A stretch of DNA of 63,371 bases, filler included, from Dugesia japonica (lineage: Eukaryota), in the NCBI GenBank assembly GCA_001938525.1. It is 5 parts of 5 records of this genome, joined end to end, with 100 filler letters (N's around TTAATTAATTAA, not from the genome) between each part and the next. Parts side by side here need not be neighbours in the genome. Positions count along the whole stretch, not along the records: positions 20,894 to 42,546 come from MQRL01562333.1; 4 more parts are not named here. One strand, 5' to 3'. Within the stretch, counting starts at the first letter, position 1. Every line of letters begins with the position of its first letter. A program made the translations under genes and the position numbers. Under the pieces are notes generated by a model. The model was not told the origin of the DNA and made no database searches. It saw only the letters and a program-made list of their open reading frames with translations. Positions 26,722 through 39,879 of this stretch are shown here, one piece after another.

Positions 26722-26802
26722 AGATTTCATTAAAATAAGATAAGGCTTCGATCAAAACAAAAAAAATTTTGATCGAAGCCTTATCTTATTTTAATGAAAT
26801 CT
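26722..26802. repeat. Perfect inverted repeat, 36-bp arms with 9-nt loop
   Basis: AGATTTCATTAAAATAAGATAAGGCTTCGATCAAAA (26722-26757) and its exact reverse complement (26767-26802). Confidence 0.95.
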
Positions 26803-28594
26803 CAAATCCGATCAATGGTTAAGTCCAACAATTATTNNNNNNNNNNNNNNNNNNNNNNNNNNNNNNNNNNNNNNNNNNNNNNNNNNNNNNNNNNNNNNNN
26901 NNNNNNNNNNNNNNNNNNNNNNNNNNNNNNATGCAATAGATCTTTGTTACTAAATTCTTTAAATTTTATCAAAATTTTATTGGTTTATTTTTTTTTAAAA
27001 TTTTGACGAACCATTGACGAGCCATATACAATTCTAAAAAATCTGAAAGAATATGGTTAATTATTGAGTCGTCTTATTTAAGTTGCGGTATAATTTATCG
27101 AATTCACGTACATTTTATGAATTTTACAGCAACGTAACAAATTTAAGAAAACTTCAACAGATTTAACGAATTTTGTGTGTAAATCTAATGAAATTACTGC
27201 TTACCTAAGAAATTTAAATGTTTGATCTCTTGATATATTACTTATGAAATCTATATTTTTCATGTTAAAACTTGTATTTCATAATAAACCTGATATTTTC
27301 AATGATAATAAGATAAATATTTTTAATAATGATATAAAGTAATGAATCAAGTATTTTTTAATTATGAGAACCAAAATTTTCTGTTTAACTTGTATTTTTA
27401 CTAAGAATGCAACTGATAATTAGGCATCTGACTATCTAAAAAGAAACAAAACCATAAAACCAATTAGTAAGCAGAAAACCAAAGGAGCAAGCAAAGAAAA
27501 CAGAAGAACAATTAGATAATTGAAATATAGGTAAATGACTATATTATTTTTAATAAGAAGCATGACATATCAGTTATTACTCACTGTCACTCAGTGTTAA
27601 TCTATCCCTTTATTTCTAAACATTACTTTTTAAAGATTAAAACACAATATAAATTAAATAAAAATACGAATAAATAAGGGTAAATAGACGGATATGAAGA
27701 AAATAGGGGTAAATTAAAGAAAATGACTAAAAATATGGCAAAATGGTGTGAAATAATCGAAAAGGGACAACATATGTATAAATTAAGTATATTAAATGAC
27801 TGTATGTATATAAAAAATCTAATACAATTAGTGAGTATATTTACTCTATTAAGTATTTTCTATGACCATATCAATATGTCTCTGGCAAAATTCGTAATTT
27901 CTTTCATAAAACCATAATATTTCAATGATAAGTCTGTTATTTTCAATATTAAAATTATTTATCACCTATTTATCTTAGAAAGTTTTGAATCACTTATGTA
28001 ATAATTTTTACACACAGGGAGAAGAGTGAGGTAGTGCAATGCGCTCATATGTACCTACTCATTTGTCATCAAGAAAAATAAAGGTTTCAACATGAAAAAA
28101 AATGATTTTAACTGGTGAAATTTATGTTTCGTTATGGAAATATGAAATTTAACATAAGAAATATAAGATCAATAAACTAGATACATTCAATAAAACAATT
28201 ATTGCAAGTATTGCAAGTATATAAGATTTATTCATATTTTATTTCTTTGAACAACAAATTCATAAGCAAGTTGCAAATATACATATTAATTTATTTTCAT
28301 CTAGAATCTTTCTATAGTTTTAATGGTTTTCTAATTATTGTTTTACTCTCAATGATTTCTTACTCTTCTTATTGACTTATTCTTTGTTAACCTATACTTT
28401 CTATGACTTTCTCACTTTATATATTTGCTTGATTTGCTTACTCTTTCATTTAATTGGTTTCAATATTTTATTACTTTCTTCTCCAAATTAGCTTTGTCTT
28501 CGTTCTTTAGTAAGCTTCTATGCTCTAGGTTAAAAAAACGATAAGTATAGAGATAATAAAATGAGGAGAAAGAACGAGATTGTAATTAAAATGG

Positions 28595-28790
28595 ATTCAC
28601 TAGAAATCATGAAATTTACGGGAAGTCATGAAAATTCCTTTTAAAATTTACTGGAAATCAATAGAAAATTATCTAAAAATTACTAGAAGTCGAAAATGTT
28701 TTTAAAATGCTATGTAAAACAATGGGAAAATGATTCTAAAAATTACTAGATGTCGCTACATATTTGTTAAAATTTACTAAAAATCGTGGG
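28595..28790. repeat. Degenerate tandem repeat, about 32-bp unit
   Basis: Recurrent AAAA(T/A)TTACT(A/G)GAA(A/G)TC. Confidence 0.6.
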
Positions 28791-29480
28791 ACACCTCCAA
28801 TCTATCTTCAAAACCTCAAAAAAATGAACGAACACACACATTTTTACTCCAATTTCATATTTTTAGGATATCTTTACAGGCACACAGCTAACAAGCATAA
28901 ATAACAACATCACATACATTCAGGTTTTCCACACATTCACAAACATAATACCAACTTTCACTAGTATTATCAAACCTGTAAAAAGAATTTAAAACAAAAA
29001 ACCTCTAAAAAAATCAATACGAAATTCAAAGAAAATTCATCTTTTAATTAAATCATAAAAATAAAAAATTAAAAAATATAAATCAAATACATTTAGAAAA
29101 TTTTAAATCTCTAAAAGTTATTTTTTTTAAAATTCAAACACACAAACACATAAAATAAATAAATCACCAAAAATAAGTAAATAATTCATCAACTCAACCT
29201 TAAACCGTTACCACCACCTTTGTCAATATCCAATCTTTTCAACAACATCCAAATCCAACCACAAAATTCAAGATCACACCCATTTTAAGTCAAATACGCC
29301 AATTCATTGCCATTGTTTAGTGCTGACCTAAGTGTGTCAACCCCAGACGCATTTAACACCATAAATCTTTTAGGCAATGTATAAATTGAATTTGTGGTCC
29401 ACCTCAAATTTATCACCTGAATCTCAAAAAAGTGAACACACAAACACACAAAATTCATTTGAGTCAAATAATCCATTTTT
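28790..29480 (-). repeat. Dispersed repeat, inverted relative of 16545-17330
   Basis: See 16545-17330; the conserved block occurs twice here (about 28800 and 29400). Confidence 0.65.
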
Positions 29481-29549
29481 ATACTGTAATTTTTTTATAT
29501 ATATTTTATTTTTTATAACGTGTTTATTAATTTTTTAAAAGAGAAAAAG

Positions 29550-30450
29550 TCGCCATGATGCAAAGATAATTTAATTCTATTTTCTCATTTCCCAACAGGT
29601 GTGAGTGATATAAAGCTTTTTCATGACAACAGCATCTATTGTGTATGATAAATTTGACATCAAATATCGAGTTGTAATTGTGAAATCATTAGGATGAAAT
29701 TAAATGAATAATGAATAATGAGGTGTGGAGTGACTAAACATTACGCAACTCAAACTGCCACGTATTGTACATGTAAATATGTTGTAGAGACAACTCAATG
29801 TAAAATATTTGACTAGTATTGGTATTGAACTCAATGAGTTAGAAGAAGAACCCGAAATTAGTGGGCTAGTTTTGGGCATCTAAATTTTCCTTTTCTTCAC
29901 TTCCCCTCTCGATGTAAGTTTACTGCTGATCAGGCAATTGCACAAAAGGGGCATGGCTGTGTGAGATAGATTATGCATTTCTGGACTTAACTAAATGCCA
30001 AACAACTTCATGAGCGCTCAGCTAACAGCATTTAAGAAAATTGGTGATTTCGTCTTATTGAAGCAGCTGATTTCCATGTGAAGTAAATGCAATGTTTGTA
30101 CAGTCTAAGCTTTAAAAATGTACTTGCAAACGTACCTAAAGGGTGACAAACATTTGCAAACCTCAACGTTGCTATGCGCGTTATTTTAGAACGACATAAG
30201 GACTGTACGTTACTGCAAAATAGAAGTCCGTCAATACATCTTTGACTGAAGCTCGTTCACTTTGGCGATGTCTGTACATTGAATACCAACTGACATTTGA
30301 GAGCTGACTTCGTAAAAATCTTTCAAAACTTTCATTTTGTAAACAACATTCTCAATGCATAGAGAATGAGGATTATTAGCGCTCCATAGTCAGAAAGTCT
30401 CATTTCTTAAATTATCTGCTTTCATAAATTTTACTTGTTCTTTTTTAAAA
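29550..30450 (-). mobile_element. Helitron Rep/helicase remnant
   Basis: NAHSNVEVC...RYVCKYI (HINVE..KYL.KY), DEITNFL..LSAHEVVW..MHNLSH..VQLPDQQ. Confidence 0.8.
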
Positions 30451-30649
30451 TACCTTTTTTTGAAAGTTTAAAAATTTTCATTAAAAATTTTAAAATTATC
30501 AACACTAAAGTTAATCATTTTTGAATACTTTTCTAGGAAATTTTCTGAATTATTTTTATTAAATCTTTCAAATTTTTAAAAATTTTTAATCTTTTATAAA
30601 TTTTTAATTAAATAAATATAAATCTGTATCATTAGTTATGATTTTTAAA

Positions 30650-31076
30650 ACTTAAAACTTTGAGCATTATTTTCAAAATTTATAGTAGAAAGTTACATAA
30701 ATGTGACGTAGTAATGAAACATTTATTATTCAACGTATGATATTGATCACTTATTTTGAAAGGAATTTTTACAGAACAAAAAGCACAGCGTTGGTTAAAG
30801 GGTTTTCTTAAGGAAACCAATTGATAGATTTTTCGAGATCTGTCCGTCCACGAGAGGTCTATCGTCAAGTTGTCACGAACAAATTGAAAAACAACCATCA
30901 GTAAGAACACACATGCTCGCAGACGAATTTGCTTACCATTATTCAACGATTAAAAAGCTGACAAAAAGTGGCTAATGACTAAGCAAATTCCGCATGAATC
31001 AACGGATTGCCAGCTGTTCTTGAAAAGTATTATTAAATTTTAAAAAAACCGACAAAACCTTTCCACCAACTTATTA
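30650..31076 (+). mobile_element. Internally deleted mariner relic with right TIR
   Basis: AQRWLK HTH motif and IPHE (WVPHEL-like); terminal CCGACAAAACCTTTCCACCAACTTATTA. Confidence 0.6.
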
Positions 31077-31115
31077 ATTCAATAAATTATTTAGTGAATT
31101 AACGAATATTAAAAG

Positions 31116-31620
31116 TATTAGGTCATCCAAAAAGTTTCGCGGATTTCTTGAATCTGCTTTTTGTCATTAGTGAAACTTATTATAAAAATAAAATGTGTTT
31201 TCTAAATAAAAAACAAAGAAATATTGTGTTTTTTAAGTATAAATGAATTAGTTTTAATCATGAATGTATTGATTGATGTTTAATTTTGGATTAAGAAATG
31301 GATCTACCACATAATGATTTTTGTCATATAATGTTATATTTTAAACACCGTAAAACGGTTAAGATAACCGCCAAAAATATTTGGGCTGTATATGGATAAG
31401 TAGCGGTTTCTGCAGAAACAGTTCATAGAGATTTTGTCAAATTCAAGATTTCATATTTCAGTTTGTAATATATGCTTCACCTAAGTTGCTCTTTGCCTTT
31501 TAATGAAAACATGTTTCTGGAGATAATTGTAACCAATCCGATTTTCACTATTCAAGAAATAGACTCGGGGTAGTAATACTACTATCAGACAAAAAATTGG
31601 TAAAATTTAAGGTGAAAATA
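31116..31620 (+). mobile_element. mariner 5' end: TIR plus transposase HTH remnant
   Basis: TA+TTAGGTCATCCAAAAAGTTTCGCGG; HIMLYF...TAKNIWAVYG.VAVSAETV. Confidence 0.75.
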
Positions 31621-31864
31621 TTTGAGCTAAAAGACTATTTTCAAATGAAGAAATGAAATTAGTTTCTCTCAAGTTGATAAAAAATAAATTCTGAAATAAT
31701 TGTTATCCAAATAAAAGTATAACAAAATATTTATCTTTTAAATACAACATATAATAAAATCAAGTGTTGTTTTACTTTTAATTTTTGCACATCTAAATAG
31801 ATGGATTATATAAATGATTATATAATTTAAATTATGCAACTTCAATAAATAATCAATAAAATAA

Positions 31865-34050
31865 TTATAAGAGCAATGTTGAATCCATAAATGTTAATTT
31901 TAGGATTTAATGCCCTTATCAACAAAGTTTCACATACCACTCTCTCCCAATAATTGTTAAATCCACTGCACAAACTTTTATTATCATAAAACCCTATTGA
32001 TTTATACATTTTCTACGATGCTCAACAATATTACTATTTCCACTATTTTGACTATGCTCTTGAATTCTGGTGCAGTGATGACTTAAAATCTCTCCAATGT
32101 ATGTGGCGTTACACTCATTGCATTTAAATTGATAGACTAGATCAGAGCACAAGCCTAAAGAGATTATAGATTTAGTATTATTGAACCTTATAATTTATAA
32201 CCTTATAAGACTGACATACAACCTTTATATTTAAAATATTTTTAAGACCTATTTCAATCAAAGGTTTGAATTCTTTAAAGCCTTTAGAATAAGATAAAAA
32301 TAAAATAATTTTAGGATCCGTTTTTACAATCTCACATACATCCACACGCGACAAGTTACTATTTAGTTTATTCAAAGTTTCATAAACTAATTTGTCCGTA
32401 AACAATTTAGAATACCCATTATTATAAAGTAAGTCAATTAATTTATTTAGACTTTTGTCTGCTTTGCTTAAGTAAAAGAGACAAAGAACAATGGATTAGT
32501 CCTTTAATCATATTACTTTTATATTTTATGTCAATATATTTTATTCATTATATTTCTGTTTTAAATGAGGTATTCATTCTTTCAATAAGCAAAGCAAGAT
32601 ATGGAATAGTTGAAGTGATTTCTTCTTCAACCGTAAAGTCTATATTTGGATGCAAGTTATTAACCTACTCCAAAAACGGATGTACTTGAGAGCGATTTTC
32701 AATAACAAGAAAAATATCATCGACATAACGCTTATAAACTAAAGGTTTAATAGAAGAATAATCATTAATCTTACTCTCTAATTTAGACAAGAAAATAGAA
32801 GCCAATGTTGGAACTAATAGGGATCCCATCGTTACACCGTCAACATGTCTATACCATTCATCATTAAAAAGAAATAGAACATTCGATGTTGCAAAAGTTA
32901 AAAGATCATGAAACGCTATATCATCTAAAGAGAATTTATTAGAATTAAACTCACTCCACATTTCACAACACAAATCTATTTTCTCTTTTAATGGAACATT
33001 AGTAAATAAACTAGTTACATCAAACGAGACCGTAAAACCACCATTACTATCCAATAAATACTGAGAAATAAAAGATGAAAATTCAAAACTGTCTTTGCAC
33101 TCAAATTCAGATGTATATAAAGGATTAATAAGATCATCTAACAGTTTTGCAACCTTATATTGAGCTTTATCTATCATGGATAAAACAGGATGCATATGAA
33201 CATCTTTCTTATGGACTTTATGGCAGTCCATAAAGCTTCGCAGGTTTCAAACCTCTATGATGTACTTTTTCAAATATATCTTTAGTGATATTATTAGTTT
33301 CTAACAATCTATTAAGCATAAAAATCAAATATTCCTTGTCTTTCAAAGATGAAAATTTAGCATTCTTTCAGAAATTACCAGTTTTCAAAGATTGAGAACT
33401 ATTTAAAATAGATGACAATTTATCAATATAATTCTTATAATTCAGAATCCATTAACTTTATCAAATTTACAAACCTTAATATTTTTTGAAGACAAAGTTA
33501 TTTATATTAAAAAATCTTTATTATCTTGTTTACTATTTTTAGATGAATAATTCATAGTGTTTATATAAAACACATGTTTTAAAAAATTTAAATCAGATTC
33601 ATTTTTAATATAGAATTATAATTTTCAAATTTATTTGAAACAAAATTGAAACTTTTTTCAATATTAAACTTAAATTTAACTTGATTTATCTTTTTCTTAA
33701 TACTATGTCATGGTCCATAACGTAGAAGTTTAATTTCATCATCAGTGAATTTAATATCATTCATATTTAAAACAGTATTTTTTATATTAAATTGATATAC
33801 GCCAAATAATTTTCTAAGGTTAATTAATTTCTTACTCTGTGCAGTGATTGTATTGGAGAGTAATTTTAAAGAATTAAAAATTGAAACTTTAATACACAAT
33901 TAAAAACCATAATCACCTATCACCTCATAAAGAACAAGTCTCTAAACTGATAACTGCCTAACTAAATCATTCCTTCTTTTTTCTCTATTTCTAACATACG
34001 CATGAGCACCTTCCTGTGGATCATTCTGACACACTCATTTGAAAGGCATT
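31865..34050 (-). mobile_element. Penelope-like retroelement, near full-length and degenerate
   Basis: RT: VSFDVTSLFTNVP, GVTMGS, YKRYVDDIF; GIY-YIG: DLVYQFKCNECNATYIG..TRIQEH..ETLLIRALNPKIN. Confidence 0.9.
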
Positions 34051-34499
34051 CATGGAGTTTTGATTTAAAAATAAAAACCGCAATGATATGTTCTTTAGTA
34101 CACCTTCAATTATTTTCTTCTGATAAAACAAAAAATTTTCATATATCTCTTAAAAACAGGTAACGCAAGTGAATAATTACGATTTAAAAGCTCAAAGAAT
34201 AATGGTAATTATTTAAATAAATAATTGAACACCATTTTCTAAAATATTTATCATTAGACAATTAAAGACAGTTTTTATATGGTGTTATGTACCACTATCA
34301 TTTAATCATGGTTACACATCTATACACTGAAACAATCGATATATAGTGGCTCTTAAATATATGCAATAAATTATGTAATCGATGTGTTAAAATGACAGAA
34401 TTTATATTTCATCACATCGTAATATATAATTACATAATGGTTATGAAATAAGCATATAATCACTTGGAAACTACGTTATAAGTGTCATTTGTTCAGATT

Positions 34500-34828
34500 T
34501 ATATCACATATTATGTACTATACTATTTCTGGAGGTAGAAATGATGTAAAGTTTTATATAAACAGATTGCAAACTGAATACTTTGATTTAAATGGTACTA
34601 TGTTGTATATTAAGTTAAAGGTTGCCAAGATTGGAAAACTTTGGAAATAAGTCTTACATGTTTCATCATCTGTTTGAAGATTTTATTTTCAGATTTTATA
34701 ATACAAAAATTGAAAGTGGAAATAGAACTTATATTTCCAAGGCTATGATTGAAACTATTTTAAATTATAATGGAGATTGTAAGAATATTTGTCTTAATGT
34801 AATTGTTTATCGAACCCAAGAAATTTAA
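34500..34828 (+). pseudogene. Polinton major capsid protein N-terminal fragment
   Basis: DVKFYINRLQTEYFDLNGTMLYIKLKV and FHHLFEDF..YNTKIESGNRTYISKAMIETILNYN resemble the Maverick MCP pattern EY.DL..T.LY.K / HSLF......N.......Y.Y.A..ETLLNY. Confidence 0.65.
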
Positions 34829-36029
34829 ACAAGTCTATTAAATTATCAAAAGAATTCCCATTATTCTTTACAATTGGATTTAATAGATCAGTCCAAATAT
34901 TTTATTTTCTAAAAACATTGATCTTTTGTTAATTCTGAATCCAGAATTAAAGTCAGAATAAAACATTTTGTAATCTAACAATCATTGAAGCATATTAAAT
35001 GTTGAATCATATTATATTGGATAATTTAGAACAGCTTTTAAAAATTAAACCTTTTCGATAAATTTGTGATATTTGATGTTCTTAATTTCTTACAAATAAA
35101 CGGATTCAGTGTTTGAGTTTGGGTTCCGTTTTCAGCTCTGAAATAAAGCACATAAACTAAGTTTCCTTTATATATGTAGCACATTACTTTTAATTTCATT
35201 CATTTAATAAATCAATGTTAATATATGTTGATTTAACTTTAACGACTGATATATATCCTTGACTGTTGAATAATAATTATATTCCTCAGGGGTCTAATAT
35301 TTGTGCCTAAGGCTTATTGTGCTGCTCTTATTGATTTGCGTATTCCTAAAAGCCCTTCTGATAAATCATCTAGTCTTGTATTTTTTGTCGTTTTAATTTT
35401 TTTTATATTATTTTACTTTTGTTCAAACGGCCAAAATCTATTGCTTTTCTTCCAGTCGGTAAAACGTTTTTTATTCTTAGATAGAAGAGCAAATTAGAAT
35501 ATTTGATGGAAACGTTCTAAGTCACATATTATTGAGTTAATAAACAACGTTCTCTCTAATTTTGAAAACACTTGTGCGGGGTAAACTGCAATATTGGAAA
35601 ATCATATAAATTAAAAGAAAATTGGTCAAATTATTAAACATCCCAATTTTTTTGCTGTAATTTTATATTTTAGTATGTAAATAAAAATTGTAACTTATTA
35701 TATTATATAAAAGTTTTTTATTAATATATTACTAAAACTCAATTCCTGAAAAAGACAAAGTCAAAATATTGAACTGTTATCGAATACCAAAAAAAAACAA
35801 AATTTTGATCGAAGCTTTTATTTTAAACGAATTCTAAAAAACGATCAATGGTTATGCCCAACAATTATTTTCAAAATAATTGCAATTGTAAAATTATTAT
35901 ATTATATTCAAACAAGAAGTTTGAATAATTTGATGAAAAGTTATAAATAAAAAACAAAAACGATATACCTATATTAAGTTCAGAAGGTAAAATATATAAC
36001 TATTAAAAATATAAAATCATAATTTAATA

Positions 36030-38372
36030 TTTTTCACCTCTGTCCTTATTAGAAACCCAATGTTCATAAATCTTGTCCAAATTTATTTTGCCTCCTGATG
36101 TGATAAACATTTTTATTCGCATCAAGTTATCTAAATTATTAGCCTTTAGTCAGTATTGCGATTTTAAATTTATAGCATTCATCAGGCTAAACCCACGTTC
36201 GCACTCTTCACTGGATGTCTGAAATGTAGCACAGATATCTAAAAGCTTAAAAGCTAATTCCTTAAATTGTGTATCTGCATTTGCCAACTTAACTAAATCA
36301 AAAACAAAATAACTACGGAATTACTTTTCATTTTTTTCAATTATTAAAAACTTAAAATTGTTATATTGCTTTGAAATTGTTCGTCACATGCGGGAATAAT
36401 ATTTTTGTAATTTTTAACAAGCTTTGTAATACAATCTTGTCCAAAGTTAAGATCTTTTGAATTTATTATGGTATTTTGATCAAATACACGCCAATCTATT
36501 ACATCTTCTTCTGGAAACCTATTCTTTAAATGTTTAGATAACAATTTGATAAATCGTAAAATTGGTGAAGTATCGACACCAGAATGTTTTACTAATTATG
36601 TCCTTTGTATCATTATTCCAATGAACTATTTCTCCTAAATATTGGTTTTCGATTTTTTTGATCCTTGCTTTAGAAAATTGCATTTTATCCATTATTATCA
36701 GCAAACTCCTCTGAAATATTTCACAAAGCGATGATAGCTCTTCAAGAACGACATTTAAAACTATTAATGCAAGTCGATATTGTGGATCCAAAAGAACCTT
36801 TAAGCAATATTTGTATATTGAATAATCACATATTTCTACTTCCTCAAAGCAGTATTCTATCAACAGATAGTAATTACAAATAAATCCTGTTACTGCAAAA
36901 TGTCTTGATAGCTATCTAAATTCATTTAATGACCGAAATGCTAATGCATTCAGTTACGCCAGTCAACTCTTCAAAATTGTATTTCTTTACGGATGATCTA
37001 CTAAACATGGTAAATACTGTCTTTAATAACATTTCAATATCACACATTATTGATACTTGTTTCCAAGCATCATCAATTTCTAAATCTTTCCTGTGTGCTG
37101 CACAATGCTGCTGCGACTAACGAGGGATTCTCTGTCGAAACAATGCAGCTACATCATTATTCTTACCAAGCATAACAGACATTTCATCTGATGTAAACAT
37201 TACCATATTATGCATATTCATATTATTTTTTATGTAAAATTCATCAATAGCTTCAAATATGAAGGAACTAGTACATTCAGTCAATTTTAAAATTCCTGCA
37301 AATATGGTTTTATGGCCAGATGAAAGTTTAGGTCGTTATTTTATGTATAAAATTAAAGCTTTATGTGTAGATATATCCGTACTTTCATCAACAATCAAGA
37401 AATTGTTTTTATATTAAAAAATTAATGCATTGAACAAATTCAAATGCATAATTCTTGCCGCACCAACCTTTGGGAATAGATATAAATTTTTCTATATTCT
37501 CATAAATTTCCAGTACTGAAGACATCGAAGTGTTAATTTTTATTGCCAAGATAACGTTATCTATCAAAATTTTTGTATCGGTTTTATTAGATATTTTACG
37601 TTCTATCAAATCTGCACGTACCCGCCCTTCTTCTGCTGACGAAGTTAACATTTCACCAGTTTTACCTTCTTTGCAATTCCGTAATTTCATTACCGAATCT
37701 AAATGTACTTTTTGGGTTAAATGTCTCTTTAAGTACTACAATTTCCAATGTGTTTTATTTGCCCTTTAAAAAATCACTTTCAGCCTTTGCTTCGATACAT
37801 ACTTTGCAAAGAACATCACTGGTTACGATTTGATAATATCCAAATATCCCACAATTTAACATTTTGTTTAATAGTTGATGATAAAACGTATGTTTCCACG
37901 ATTTCATTTAACCATTCGGTTCTAAATTTGGAAAATATTTTGTTTTTTGATTTTAAGCTTTCATCTAATTTTCGTTTTGACTTAATAAATCTATGAAAGG
38001 ATTATATTTTAATTTAATTTTTTAAATTGATATCACAGCATTCTAATTTTCTAAAATAACTTACATATTTATTGTTTTCCTATCGTAGATACATTGAATT
38101 TTAAATTTGACATTCACATTATTTAGTAAATTCAAAAAAATGAACACTGACATTTAATTTCATTGTTGCCGATTGCTATATACAAAACAAATAACCCATC
38201 AAACATAATTTTAGTGTGGAAAATCTATATGAATTTTTAAACTGGGTGCGTTTACGCAATGAAAAAGAATTATTGTTTGTAAGATATTTCGTAAGTGGAT
38301 AAAAATGCTGACTGGGCAAATAACAATTTTTATCTGGGCGGCGCTCACCCACCCACCTTACAAGGAACGCTG
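36030..38372 (-). mobile_element. hAT transposon (ZNF862/Tip100-like transposase), degenerate, with 5' terminus
   Basis: IVDESTDIS, MFTSD..VMLG, QHCAAH, ICATFQTSSEECERGFSLMN; terminal CAGCGTTCCTTGTAAG on the minus strand from 38372. Confidence 0.85.
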
Positions 38373-38981
38373 TTTGTGATCTGTACTTATTTCGAAATGG
38401 CATACTTTTATATGATATTCGAAGTTCTTGACTTAAGAAACATTTATAATAATTCACAACCAAACATTGAGTACTCCGGATGCATCTATGCGGAGAACAA
38501 ATCTTTTGCTATAATCTGGAGGTGCCATGGTCATGTAGAGCTAGAATACGAATAAATGTTCAAATAAATTAGAAATTAGCTCTAAAACTGATTTTCTGGT
38601 CAAGGGGAAAAATATATATAATGTTTGATTTTAATTGTATTGTTGCCACTACAATTTTGGGTTTGAATTTTACCTAATTTGAGGTATATTGAAGATTTAA
38701 CTATGGATATACGTATAAATTTTATGATTGCTAGTATTATTATTAATATTATAGATTTTACGATTCGATTTTTGTTTGGTATTATTGATTTTGTATTATA
38801 TTTCTGAGATTTCGAGTGTTTGAATTTTATTTGTTGTATTATGATTATTAATTTTATTATTATTATTANNNNNNNNNNNNNNNNNNNNNNNNNNNNNNNN
38901 NNNNNNNNNNNNNNNNNNNNNNNNNNNNNNNNNNNNNNNNNNNNNNNNNNNNNNNNNNNNNNNNNNNNNNNNNNNNNNNNN

Positions 38982-39048
<67 letters not shown>
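38982..39048. repeat. (ATT)n microsatellite
   Basis: Perfect trinucleotide run. Confidence 0.95.
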
Positions 39049-39879
39049 GTATAAAGATTCTGATATAATTTGATTTTTGAATGATTTATTCCTTATTTTA
39101 TATGTTTATTGTTACTATTTTAGATTTCATTTTTATTATTATTTTTATATTTTTTTATAGTTATTTATGTGATATTCTTCATAAGCCACAATTCAGTTGG
39201 TGGTTTGAAATAACCGAAGAAAAAAATCAAATTAATTAAAAATCATATAAAAAAAATTCCCAAAAAATTCACTTTAAAAATTTTCATTTGGGTGAAAATT
39301 AGCGTGTCCTTGAATAACGGATACGTTTATGTAGATGGACAGTATAGTGAATCGAGGTTGTATTCTGATAAGAAAATAAATAAGATTGTAAAATTTTATT
39401 TAACAAATCCATTTTTATAGTCGAAAAAATATGTTTTCGATTATAAAAATTTTCGTTGGCAGAAAAAAATTGTCGAATGAAAAGGAGTCTCGACTATTTT
39501 AATTGGAAAACAAAAGTTAAACAAAAGTAACTCATATGCAAACCCAAGGGCTAAACTCAAACTTGATTCATCCGAAAGAAAAGAAAAAAGACAAATTTGA
39601 GTAACTCGCGTTTATTGTGTTTTAATCACGTTTTAAATACTACAACAAATTTATTGGCAATTTTAATACATTTTTTCATAATTCTCCAATAAGTCTAGAT
39701 AAATTTAAATGGTTTATAGTTCTAGGGTTGTCTACTTAGATATACTAATGACAAAAATAAATCGCACAATATCATTGAAAGAATATTATAAAGCCATTAC
39801 TTAAGTTTTGTGTCGATATCATTGAAGGTTATTATGAAGCTCAAAAATGAAAAGAAAATAATTAGAAACTTTCTACNAC

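Larger units (their letters stand above)
23986..28059. mobile_element. About 4.07-kb non-autonomous element bounded by about 75-bp imperfect terminal inverted repeats
   Basis: AGTAGGTACATATGAGTGCA...TTATTACATAAGTG at the left end; its reverse complement ends ...CTCATATGTACCTACT at 28059; no coding interior recognised. Confidence 0.75.

Noticed and set aside
35155-35180. Possible second TIR of the 36-38 kb hAT element
   Set aside because: Similarity to CAGCGTTCCTTGTAAG is too weak and no 8-bp TSD is evident
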